This document shows, piece after piece, positions 1 through 8,475 of a stretch of 36,977 nt of DNA. The stretch comes from Candidatus Micrarchaeota archaeon (GTDB taxonomy: Archaea; Micrarchaeota; Micrarchaeia; Norongarragalinales; SBBD01). Where the stretch lies: NCBI GenBank assembly GCA_038046605.1, contig JBBSVW010000096.1:1-36977 (forward strand), written 5' to 3'. Under the pieces are notes generated by a model, which did no database searches, was not told the origin of the DNA, and worked only from the letters and a program-made list of their open reading frames with translations. A program made the position numbers and the translations under genes. Position 1 is the stretch's first letter, and each line of letters begins with the position of its first letter.

Positions 1-138
1 AAAAACTCCTTATACCTCTCCGACAGAACAGGTCTCTGGTCTCACTGGAAAAACGCATTGGTACCTCCTTTTCGCCCTACATTTGGATTCCATGGTATCT
101 TTGGGAGTCTATAAGACAACTGGGGTGAGACCCGGACT

Positions 139-217
139 GTCATTCCTGCAAAAGCAGGAATCCAGTATTTAAGCTACTTTGAAATACCCCTGGATTCCCG
201 ATCAGGCCGGAAAATAC
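139..217. repeat. REP/dRS3-like palindromic doublet
   Basis: GTCATTCCTGCAAAAGCAGGAATCCAG (139-165) and a degenerate inverted partner CTGGATTCCCGATCAGGCCGGAAAATAC (190-217); resembles the bacterial GTCATTCC..GGAATCC REP-type unit. Confidence 0.7.
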
Positions 218-343
218 AGATGTCGGACAGACTCTTGATATTCAAACAGCTTACTGTCAGTCATTGCCTTAGCTTTCCATATTTTCTATAATAGCATATT
301 AGTGGCCAAAATAAAAGTATAGGGGACTGGGGGAATTTTTCTG

Positions 344-514
344 ATGGAAAAAAGGATGATTGATGGGGGTCTTTTGAAAAAAAGCGGCGGGGTTACTGAA
401 AAAGGCTTAGGCGTTTTGAAAACGACATATAGCCATGAAAAAGTAAAAGCGATTATAAGGTTATGGGAAATCAATCGTAAGGATATCAGGGAGAAAAATA
501 CATCCGATCATTAA
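344..514 (+). CDS. possible small hypothetical protein (56 aa) or wHTH remnant
   Basis: Hand-translated ORF MEKRMIDGGLLKKSGGVTEKGLGVLK...; below the ORF-track cutoff; GLL..TEKG resembles a wHTH wing. Confidence 0.25.
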   Translation: MEKRMIDGGLLKKSGGVTEKGLGVLKTTYSHEKVKAIIRLWEINRKDIREKNTSDH

Positions 515-595
515 CTAGTCCTGCGCGGGTCAATATACCAAGTTTAAAAACCATTTTCCCTACTATTTCAATCTAATTATTCAGGGGGGATAAGC

Positions 596-1510
596 ATGGT
601 CCGGCATCTTGTTGGTATGGGCGATTTAACGCCTTTTGAGATTTCCAAAATCATCGATTTAGCAATCGAACTAAAGGCGCATCCGGAAAAATACTATTCC
701 AAATTGGATCATAAAAGCCTGGTGATGCTTTTTGAGAAATCTTCAACACGAACTAGGCTTTCATTTGAAATTGGCATGACGCAGCTTGGTGGCCACGCGG
801 TCAATTTCACCGGATCGCAGCTTTCAGCCGGGAAGGAAGACGTCGCAGATACCGCTCGAACAATTTCCGCATACGCGGATATTTTGATGGCAAGGGTATT
901 CAAGCACGAAACGGTGGCGGGACTTGCCAAATTTTCCAAAATTCCAGTCATCAACGCGCTATCCGACCTGGAGCATCCGTGCCAGGCGCTGGCGGATATA
1001 CAAACAATCAAGGAGCTAAAAGGCTGGAAGGATGCGAAAGTTGCATATGTTGGGGACGGGAATAACGTGTGCAATTCACTGATGCTTGCATGTGCGATGG
1101 TGGGAGTGGATTTTGCTGCTGGAACACCGAAAAATTACATGCCGAATGGGGAGTTGATGAAAAAAGCGGAAAAATATGCGGAGAAATCGAAGGCGAAGCT
1201 CACGTTCACCAACTCCGCTGTTGAAGCCGTAAGGGATGCCGATGTTGTTTACACTGATGTTTGGATCTCGATGGGCGAGGAGCATTTGAAGGAGCAGAAG
1301 ATGAAGGAGTTCGGCGGTTTTCAGGTGAATGGGAAATTGATGGCGCTTGCGAGGAAGGATGCGATCTTCATGCACTGCCTTCCGGCAAAGAAGGGATATG
1401 AGGTTACGAAGGAGGTCATCGAGGGGAAGCAATCGGTGGTTTTCCAGCAGGCGGAAAATAGGATGCATGCACAGAAGGCATTGATGTTATTCTTGCTGGG
1501 GAAGGTATGA
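596..1510 (+). CDS. argF: ornithine carbamoyltransferase
   Basis: SSTRTR, HPCQ, GDGNNV, DVWISMG, FMHCLP and QAENR motifs. Confidence 0.96.
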   Translation: MVRHLVGMGDLTPFEISKIIDLAIELKAHPEKYYSKLDHKSLVMLFEKSSTRTRLSFEIGMTQLGGHAVNFTGSQLSAGKEDVADTARTISAYADILMARVFKHETVAGLAKFSKIPVINALSDLEHPCQALADIQTIKELKGWKDAKVAYVGDGNNVCNSLMLACAMVGVDFAAGTPKNYMPNGELMKKAEKYAEKSKAKLTFTNSAVEAVRDADVVYTDVWISMGEEHLKEQKMKEFGGFQVNGKLMALARKDAIFMHCLPAKKGYEVTKEVIEGKQSVVFQQAENRMHAQKALMLFLLGKV

Positions 1511-1540
1511 AGTTTTGATGAACCTTTTGCTAAAAGGTCC

Positions 1541-1582
1541 GCATAGAAGGCGCTGATGATGTTTTTGATGGGAAAATCTTAA
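1541..1582 (+). repeat. diverged duplicate of the argF 3' end
   Basis: Reads A*KALMMFLMGKS* vs argF 1469-1510 AQKALMLFLLGKV*; 29/42 nt identical; hairpin ACCTTTT-GCT-AAAAGGT (1522-1538) lies between. Confidence 0.85.
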
Positions 1583-1598
1583 TCAAAAAGCTTATAAA

Positions 1599-1624
1599 GT
1601 GGGATATCCCACAAATTAGTGGGA
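1599..1624. promoter_or_regulatory. palindromic operator of the abrB-vapC operon
   Basis: Perfect palindrome GTGGGATATCCCAC overlapping TCCCAC-N6-GTGGGA, directly after TATA-like CTTATAAA. Confidence 0.6.
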
Positions 1625-1633
1625 GGTGGGAAA

Positions 1634-1885
1634 ATGTACCTGAATATGGACGGGAAGGGAAGGTTGCAGATGCCGGCGAAATTGAGGAAAAGGCTGGGGC
1701 TGGGAAGGCGAGTGAAGGCCGAGGAGAAAGGGAAAAACCTGATAATCCATACTGGCAGGGAGGAAAATTTCTGGAATAAGTACGCAGGTTTTTTCAAGGG
1801 CAAGGGAAAGCTGGGCCAATCGGATGACGTGGGCAAACTGGCGGAGGAACAATTCTGGAAGGAAAGCAATGATAAGTTCAGGTGA
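1634..1885 (+). CDS. AbrB/MazE/SpoVT-family antitoxin
   Basis: MDGKGRLQMPAKLRKRLGL motif; SD GGAGGTG; upstream of a PIN gene. Confidence 0.85.
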   Translation: MYLNMDGKGRLQMPAKLRKRLGLGRRVKAEEKGKNLIIHTGREENFWNKYAGFFKGKGKLGQSDDVGKLAEEQFWKESNDKFR

Positions 1886-1891
1886 GCCCGC

Positions 1892-2278
1892 ATGGAATAC
1901 GTAGAAACGAGCATCCTATGGGATTGGACTGCCAAGGGGGAATATGCGGATTACCTGTTGCGTTTGGGACTTGATGGCATCGGCTGCACATCGCTTTTCA
2001 CCCTAACTGAAATGCGCATGGCAATGCTTCGGAAAAATCATGGCATCCGTGAAATCGAAGAGCTTATGAATAGGATTATCAATGATTCGGGGCTGATTTT
2101 TATCAACATGACAGAGGAGGATTTTCAAAAATCGATGGAACTATCAAAAAGGTATTCCCTGACTACATTCGATTCAATCCATGCCGCCATTTGCATCAGT
2201 AACGGGTTTGCATTGTCAACATTGGACAAAGATTACGGGAAAATCGCCGGTTTGAAAACGGTTAGGCCGGAAAGATAA
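1892..2278 (+). CDS. vapC: PIN-domain VapC-like toxin
   Basis: YVETS, TLTE, DSIHAA and TLDKDY PIN motifs. Confidence 0.85.
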   Translation: MEYVETSILWDWTAKGEYADYLLRLGLDGIGCTSLFTLTEMRMAMLRKNHGIREIEELMNRIINDSGLIFINMTEEDFQKSMELSKRYSLTTFDSIHAAICISNGFALSTLDKDYGKIAGLKTVRPER

Positions 2279-3097
2279 CTAAATTATTTCCGAATTGCCC
2301 GGAAGCATCTGCATGAGCTGGTCGAAAGCAAGGTCAATCGAGTCAGCTTGAAGTTTGTTCACGAGCGTTTTCGCGAGGTCTTTTTTCTCAATTTGCCCAG
2401 GTTGTACAATAATTTTCCTGATGAACGCGCGGGGAGAGTTAAGGAAATCGTAATTAGCCGGCACAACCGCCAGCCTTTCCACATTGTTGGTGCGTTCAAC
2501 TGCGATCACGATCTTAAGTTCCATGTTCTTGAACCATTTCTTCTCCCCGCGGATCATGAACCCCCCCTTTGGGACGTATTCGCCCTGGGAATATTTTTCC
2601 ACATGGCCCTTGTCGACATAATAGGTGTTTGCAACGTGAAGATTGCCCTTCCAGGCGCTCGAGTAGCATACGGAAAATTGCGCGGTTTCCTTGAGGCTTT
2701 GCTCATTTGCGGATTTCCCATTCTTCAATATCACGGCGGAAGCGCCATGCACATCCGCATGGAAGAACAAATCATTGGGCTCGAGGTATTTTGAGAATAG
2801 GAGGTCGTTTTGCTGCGCGTCCCTGCCGGCAATCGTTAGGAGCATTTCGGATGTGAAGAAATTGTGGAACTTTTGGTACCATTCACGCTGCTCAAGGATG
2901 CGCACCTTTTTCTTGTGCTCCTCCTTCTCTTCCTGGGAGGCGAATTTTTGCTTGTTTTTCACCCGCTCCAGCTCGCGCTTTGTCTTTTCTATTTCAAAGT
3001 CCAGGTTCTCCTTTTTCTTCTTGGCCTCCTTGCCCTTGCGGAAAAGCGCCTGCGCATTCTCATTTGCGCCCTTCGATATGTCCAATTCGATTTTCAT
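2279..3097 (-). CDS. NFACT-R domain protein (C-terminal half of Rqc2/NEMF), 272 aa
   Basis: ELD..ANENA, WYQKF, IAGRDAQQND, FFHADVHGAS, YSSAW and GEYVPKGGFMIRG; start at 3097 supported by TATA-like TATATAAA about 21 nt upstream. Confidence 0.88.
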   Translation of the reverse strand: MKIELDISKGANENAQALFRKGKEAKKKKENLDFEIEKTKRELERVKNKQKFASQEEKEEHKKKVRILEQREWYQKFHNFFTSEMLLTIAGRDAQQNDLLFSKYLEPNDLFFHADVHGASAVILKNGKSANEQSLKETAQFSVCYSSAWKGNLHVANTYYVDKGHVEKYSQGEYVPKGGFMIRGEKKWFKNMELKIVIAVERTNNVERLAVVPANYDFLNSPRAFIRKIIVQPGQIEKKDLAKTLVNKLQADSIDLAFDQLMQMLPGNSEII

Positions 3098-3370
3098 GGA
3101 GGAAATTAGGCGGGAGATTTTATATAGGTGCTTGATTAAAAAACTCGAATGGAAAACGGATGGGAATTTGCAGATAGGGGATGAGAAGTTGTGGATGCAA
3201 AACCCCAATGGAAAGCCGGATCGAACCAATGGGCTCCAAAAGAAAACAAATGGATTTTAGGGGGTAAAACGGGAATGGAAAAGAATCAGATCTGAAAAGA
3301 AAAAAAAGAAAAAAAAGAAGAATGATTTCAATGAAAAAGATTTTCACCACTTATTTCGCGGCTATAAAAC

Positions 3371-3412
3371 CTATTTCCTCTTCTTCTTCTTTGAGGCCTT
3401 CTTCTTGACCAT
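3371..3412 (-). CDS. Lys-rich micro-peptide MVKKKASKKKKRK (13 aa)
   Basis: ATG..TAG with SD GGGTGAG 5 nt upstream; 7 of 8 Lys codons are AAG; T-rich tract downstream. Confidence 0.6.
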   Translation of the reverse strand: MVKKKASKKKKRK

Positions 3413-3632
3413 TAGTTCTCACCCGCAATTAGTAATGCACCCGGGTATATTTAGCTATCGGTTGGAAAAAAAATAAAAATAATGGAAAATAAAATTAAGC
3501 AAAATGGAAAAAATGGTCCAAACCGGCAACCCTCCTCGTAAATATTGCCTATTTCTTTTTTTTAGCATGGTTTAAAAAAGCGCGAAGGGGATAAAGGGTT
3601 TTCGGAGGCATGATTTGTTGGTGCTGGCAAAA

Positions 3633-4340
3633 TTAGCCGATAGAGGAGAAAGGGGATGCCTCATCTAGAACTTCGGACCTGACAATGCCTCCACAATATT
3701 TTTCAACTAATCCATGCAATTCTTTGGTAGCGACATCAATTTCTTCCCTGCTTACTGGCGGAAGACCTTCAATGACCAGGATACAGTTTTTAGTCTCTTC
3801 GGTCAACTTTGTCCTTTCGGCCTCACGCCAATTCCATCTCCGGCAAATTGCGGAAACTCCGTCCTTGTATATTGCCTCCCCATTCTTTGGGGGCCTAGCC
3901 TCCTTATCTCCAAGTAGCAACACGGGCGCCTCGTTTTCAGCCGCGAACGTCAAAAGTATATCGCCCTCGATTTTGTCCAAGTCCTCTCCACCAACTGGAA
4001 GCATATGCTTTAGGGAAATGAAATTATACAGGTCTACGAGCTTATTGATCCGCCGAAGTCCCGAGCCGCTAAGAACAAGCCTAAATAGATTTTCGACTGA
4101 AGATTTGTGCTCTTTTGGCTTTGCGCCAAATGCGGAGTATGCCTTTCTCCAGGCATCGATTTTAGGCTGCTGGCTTAAAATCTCGGAAGTATGTCTTTGC
4201 CTAATTATCCCTTCAAGGTTTTTGGTTTTATCCGAAATCTCCTCAGGAAAGCCCTTATTCGAGATATTTTTCGCCATCACCACGCCTAAATGAAGCCCTG
4301 AAAACTTTTCGAAAATTTCTTGCTCAATAATTAGTTTCAT
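3633..4340 (-). CDS. stand-alone B3/B4 (PheRS-beta editing-like) domain protein
   Basis: AWRKAY..FG, SSVENL, INKLVDLYN.ISL, PVGGEDLD and ICRRWNWRE motifs. Confidence 0.88.
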   Translation of the reverse strand: MKLIIEQEIFEKFSGLHLGVVMAKNISNKGFPEEISDKTKNLEGIIRQRHTSEILSQQPKIDAWRKAYSAFGAKPKEHKSSVENLFRLVLSGSGLRRINKLVDLYNFISLKHMLPVGGEDLDKIEGDILLTFAAENEAPVLLLGDKEARPPKNGEAIYKDGVSAICRRWNWREAERTKLTEETKNCILVIEGLPPVSREEIDVATKELHGLVEKYCGGIVRSEVLDEASPFSSIG

Positions 4341-4366
4341 GAACATCATCCAGGCAATCAAATGTA

Positions 4367-5539
4367 TTAAGGCTTTTTTATCTGCAGATAGGCGTCCCGG
4401 AAAGGAATACCATTCAGCGCAAGTTTGCTTGCTTTGGCTGCCGAATGCATGTCCTCAGTGACAGAATTCTTCAATTTTTCCTCGTTGACGGCAATATTTT
4501 CCAATACCAGCATTGCAATCGCAACTGATGCCAAAGTGGTCTCGAAGGCCTCGATCAACGGCTTTTTCGTCTCCTGCATGTCGCGGTTGTAGCCGGAAGG
4601 CAAATTTAGGGAAAGCTGACTTATATGGAACGCGCAGGCATGCACTTTGGCTGCTTTTGCCCTTAGCAATTCCAGGGCATCGGGATTTTTCTTATGAGGC
4701 ATGATGCTGCTTCCGGTCGTAAGCTTATCCGGCAACCCTATAAAGCCGTATTCCTCGGTGCCCCAAAGCATAAGGTCGGTTGCGAGCTTATTGATATCGA
4801 GCATCACCTGCAAAAGGGCAAAACAGGTGAGTGCACCGTCCTTCCCCCTTGAATTCTGCGCATGGATCCCATTTGCCTCGGTCCTTGAAAAACCAAGATC
4901 GAGGGCAATTTCCTTCCAATTCAAATCAAGCGGGGAGCCGTAACCAGCGGCAGTCCCCAGTGGGCAGGAATCGTTCTGCTTGAATGCCATCTTCAATATT
5001 TCCAGATCGTTTTCGAAACTTTCTGCAATTCCCGCGCACCAGTAGCCGAAGGTGGTCGGCATGGCTTTTCTCATGTGTGTATAACCGGGCATTGGAACGC
5101 CTTCATATTTTTCCGCCATCCCATAAAGAATCTGAATCAATTTGCCGATCTCCTTTATGGTTTCGGCAAGCATCTTCTTGCTGAACATCCTTACTGCTGC
5201 AAGCGACTGGTCGTTGCGGGATTTCCCAAGATGGATCTTCTTCCCCGTGGCGCCAAGCTGCATTATGAGATGCTCCTCAATTTTCGTATGGGAATCCTCC
5301 TCTTCGGGAAGTATTCTGACAGAACCGCCCAAGGCATTATTTCGCAAATCGTTCAGGCAGCCCTCCAGCTTCCTTAGCTCCTCAAGGCTGATGATGCCCG
5401 CTTGGTGCAATGCCTTGCAGTAGGCAAGGGAAATCTCGCAATCAAAAGGCAACAGCTTCTCGTCCGCCTCGCAATTGTCCTTATTGAGGAAGTCAAGCAA
5501 TTCCTTTTGCATGTTCAATTGTTTTTTCCACAACACCAT
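4367..5539 (-). CDS. argH: argininosuccinate lyase
   Basis: GKSRNDQ, MPGYTH, GSSIMPHKKNPD and GYNRD motifs. Confidence 0.95.
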   Translation of the reverse strand: MVLWKKQLNMQKELLDFLNKDNCEADEKLLPFDCEISLAYCKALHQAGIISLEELRKLEGCLNDLRNNALGGSVRILPEEEDSHTKIEEHLIMQLGATGKKIHLGKSRNDQSLAAVRMFSKKMLAETIKEIGKLIQILYGMAEKYEGVPMPGYTHMRKAMPTTFGYWCAGIAESFENDLEILKMAFKQNDSCPLGTAAGYGSPLDLNWKEIALDLGFSRTEANGIHAQNSRGKDGALTCFALLQVMLDINKLATDLMLWGTEEYGFIGLPDKLTTGSSIMPHKKNPDALELLRAKAAKVHACAFHISQLSLNLPSGYNRDMQETKKPLIEAFETTLASVAIAMLVLENIAVNEEKLKNSVTEDMHSAAKASKLALNGIPFRDAYLQIKKP

Positions 5540-6761
5540 CTTCTTTCACCTTCATTTTGGCAGCCATCCTGGTCTGCAGGCTCCATAGCTCTATGAAACC
5601 CGGCGAGCAGCTTTGATTGAATAGCTGGCCTTTTCCGTAAGTCGCCAGCTTCTTATCATAGAGCAGGTTTTCCGATTTTCTTCCCACTACTCTTGCAATT
5701 CCTTTGAACAATTTCAAATTCACTTCTCCGGATACGTTTTTGTTCCTTGAATCGAAGAATGCATCCAAATTTTCCTTCAGGGGCTCGTTCCACAATCCCG
5801 CATAAACCAAGAACTCCCATTTTTCCTTTAGAATGGACGCAAATTGGTTCTGGTGGATAGTGGAAACGGCCTTCTGCAAATCCTGATGCGCCGCCAATAT
5901 GCAAACCGCCGCCGGGCATTCGTAAAGTTCGCGCGTCTTCAGCCCCACGATGCGGTCTTCCATATGGTCGATTATGCCCACACCGTGTTTTCCGGCGAGC
6001 AAATTGAGCTCGGCGATCAAATCGCATAAAGGCAGCCTTATCCCATTCAAAGCGAGGGGAATTCCATCTTCAAATTCGAGGAGAGCGTGTTCCGGCCGGG
6101 AGGGGGAATTTTCCGGCAACGTGCACCATTCGAATGCCTCATCCGGCGGTTCAGCGTACGGATCTTCCAGGATTCCGCCTTCAATGCTCCTACCCCATAA
6201 GTTCTCATCAACTGAAAATTGGGATTTCGGGGAAATTTCGATGCCGTTTGCAGCCGCGTAGGCAATTTCGTCATCGCGGCTCATCTGCCACGTCCGTACC
6301 GGGGCGATAATCTTCATTTCCGGGGCAAGCGAAAGTATTCCTGACTCCAATCTTACCTGGTCGTTGCCCTTGCCGGTGCAGCCGTGGGCGATTGCATCAG
6401 CGCCTTCTTTTTTTGCGATCTCAACAGCTATTTTTGCGAGGAGCGGCCTACCCAAAGCGGTGCTAAGCGGATAGCTGCCCTCGTAAAGCGCCTCCGCCTT
6501 GATGGCCTTGGAAACATACTCGCCGGCGAATTCGTGCTTGGCATCGATAACAAGTGCCTTCACCGCCCCCAAATCAAGCGCCTTCTGCCTGATTTTTTCG
6601 AAATCCGACGGCTGCCCCAAATCGACGGTGAGTGCGATTATCTCCGCACCGTAGTGCTCCGGAATCCACTTGAGCATGCAGGAGGTGTCGAGGCCGCCGG
6701 AGTAGAGCAGCACTGCCTTTTCTGCGGACTGCGCCTCGTAGCTCGAATAAATATTGTTCAT
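5493..6761 (-). CDS. argG: argininosuccinate synthase
   Basis: YSGGLDTS, HGCTGKGNDQVR and SVDENLWGRS motifs; start chosen at MNNIY. Confidence 0.96.
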   Translation of the reverse strand: MNNIYSSYEAQSAEKAVLLYSGGLDTSCMLKWIPEHYGAEIIALTVDLGQPSDFEKIRQKALDLGAVKALVIDAKHEFAGEYVSKAIKAEALYEGSYPLSTALGRPLLAKIAVEIAKKEGADAIAHGCTGKGNDQVRLESGILSLAPEMKIIAPVRTWQMSRDDEIAYAAANGIEISPKSQFSVDENLWGRSIEGGILEDPYAEPPDEAFEWCTLPENSPSRPEHALLEFEDGIPLALNGIRLPLCDLIAELNLLAGKHGVGIIDHMEDRIVGLKTRELYECPAAVCILAAHQDLQKAVSTIHQNQFASILKEKWEFLVYAGLWNEPLKENLDAFFDSRNKNVSGEVNLKLFKGIARVVGRKSENLLYDKKLATYGKGQLFNQSCSPGFIELWSLQTRMAAKMKVKEDGVVEKTIEHAKGIA

Positions 6762-6877
6762 TTCATCAACCCCCATAAAAGCCAAATGGCTAAAACCTCA
6801 AATTTCCCACAACAAAAAAATGAAAAAATGCAGCGCATGGAAAAAATAAAAAAAGAAGGGATTTGCCCCCTTTGGAT

Positions 6878-6906
6878 AAAAAAAACGCCGCGCTTACGCC
6901 GGCATC
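6878..6906 (-). terminator. GNRA hairpin plus U8, upstream of argG
   Basis: Minus strand GATGCCG-GC-GTAA-GC-G-CGGCG-TTTTTTTT, just after the micro-ORF stop. Confidence 0.55.
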
Positions 6907-6913
6907 AGAAAGA

Positions 6914-6946
6914 TCACTTCTTCTTGTGCTTGGTCTTCTTTGCCAT
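6914..6946 (-). CDS. Lys-rich micro-peptide MAKKTKHKKK (10 aa)
   Basis: ATG..TGA with SD GGGGGTGA 5 nt upstream; all 6 Lys codons are AAG. Confidence 0.6.
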   Translation of the reverse strand: MAKKTKHKKK

Positions 6947-7037
6947 TCGATTCACCCCCTTTCATCTGAAATTTGCAGTATATCTGTTTTTCGGCTAAAA
7001 ACGAACAATTTTAAACATTATTGTCCAAATTTGGTAT

Positions 7038-7673
7038 ATGGGAAAATCAGTCGCGAGGAGGGTGGGTGAGAGGCTGGAGTCGCAGCCCTATTTGCTGAAG
7101 GCGATCGAGGGCGGCTATGCCAACCTTTCGGAGATTGCCCGGAAGCTGCAGCGGGAAATGAGGGAAAGGGGGGAGAGGGGCTCGATTGAAGCGGTGCGGG
7201 CGGCGGTGAAGCGGATAGCTGAGGAGAAGGAAATTGCAGCTGGGAGTTCTGAAAGCAAAATCCGCAAATTGCTGAAGGGAAGCAAGCTGGAATTATCAAC
7301 GAAGATTTCCGTATTGGTGGTTGCAAGCAGGGCCTATGATTCTCTACGCGCGCATCTGCATGAATCGCTCTCAATAGTAAAGAGCCGGAGCGGCGTGACG
7401 ATCGTGCTGCCGGACGAATATGTGCCGGAGTTGAAGAAACACGTGCATTCCCACGACATACTCATTGAGAACAACGATTTGGTGGCGCTGAGCCTTATCA
7501 CATCAGAAAACATCGAGGAGGTGCCGGGCGTGGTGGCATATTTGACGGGCAAGCTCGCGGAAAACGGGATAAACCTGAAGGAATTCCTAAGCAGCTATAG
7601 GGATACGGTGATGATATTGGAGAAAAAAAATTCGCTGAAGGCGTACCAGTTGCTGGAGAGGCTGATAGCGTAG
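7038..7673 (+). CDS. ACT-domain protein with N-terminal HTH-like region (possible regulator)
   Basis: NLSEIAR..L N-terminus; C-terminal PGVVAYLTGKLAENGINL..SSYRD ACT signature; divergent from argG. Confidence 0.8.
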   Translation: MGKSVARRVGERLESQPYLLKAIEGGYANLSEIARKLQREMRERGERGSIEAVRAAVKRIAEEKEIAAGSSESKIRKLLKGSKLELSTKISVLVVASRAYDSLRAHLHESLSIVKSRSGVTIVLPDEYVPELKKHVHSHDILIENNDLVALSLITSENIEEVPGVVAYLTGKLAENGINLKEFLSSYRDTVMILEKKNSLKAYQLLERLIA

Positions 7674-7678
7674 AAATA

Positions 7679-8452
7679 TTGGGATGGTTTAAAAAAGCGC
7701 AAAGAGTAAGGGAATTGGTGCTTATGCAATTCGACCTTGATTTGATGAAGGCGCTTTTCCCCCCGAAGAAAAAACCGGTGCACTTAATGAAATGGGGGTT
7801 GCCTGAAGCGCGCTTCACAACGCCTGTTGAGGATGTGGAAAAGAAAATACCAATCATCAAGGGAAAAACGAAATTTGCCGGCGGAGGGGAATTCCTGGAA
7901 GAGATACATGCCAAGGATTATGGGAATGGGGTTTACTCGTATTTCATCGTGCGCATCGATAAGAAGACAGAGGAGGAAACGGTTTATTCGGAAGCGTATA
8001 TGCTCCGAGAGGATGAAAAGCTGGGGATTGGCGCAATGGACGCATTCAAGATGTCGCAGGATTTTGAGAAATTGGGGTATAAGCATTTGTTTGACCGCGA
8101 AATCACGGTTTGGAGCTTCCGATCACTTCTCAAGGTCGTTAATGCATTCAACGTGACTGATTTTGGTGATTTTGTTGAGGTTGGCCTTCCTGCTACAAAA
8201 TTGGCAACCATGCGGGATATTGATGAAAAATGGAAGGATGGGTTTTTCCTGAAACTAGGAGTGAAAAAAGAGGATGTGATCCCAACGGATCCAATCACAT
8301 TGCAGCTTGTAACGATGATGGATCCGGAAAAGCAGCAGCAATTCGGGGAGCAGCAAAATGCCTCGCTGGGAAACAGCGCCCAAGGCGGGTTATCTTCCCA
8401 ACCGCAGAAAAAGAGCATGGGCTTTGGGAAGGGAAAGGGGAATTTATTTTAG
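7679..8452 (+). CDS. divergent CYTH-like protein
   Basis: FEKLGY...VTDFGDFVEV resembles the CYTH C-terminal strands; EXEXK motif degenerate; TTG start. Confidence 0.45.
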   Translation: MGWFKKAQRVRELVLMQFDLDLMKALFPPKKKPVHLMKWGLPEARFTTPVEDVEKKIPIIKGKTKFAGGGEFLEEIHAKDYGNGVYSYFIVRIDKKTEEETVYSEAYMLREDEKLGIGAMDAFKMSQDFEKLGYKHLFDREITVWSFRSLLKVVNAFNVTDFGDFVEVGLPATKLATMRDIDEKWKDGFFLKLGVKKEDVIPTDPITLQLVTMMDPEKQQQFGEQQNASLGNSAQGGLSSQPQKKSMGFGKGKGNLF

Positions 8453-8475
8453 TAACAATAACTTGACATTCAGTT

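Noticed and set aside
1-120. Minus-strand gene starting at 58 with SD AGGAGG
   Set aside because: Truncated by the window edge; 19 codons with no recognisable motif.
3098-3229. N-terminal extension of the NFACT ORF (and similar extensions of rnp4, dnaG, CBS and DUF4443)
   Set aside because: The extensions run through promoter or RBS sequence; downstream ATGs match family starts.
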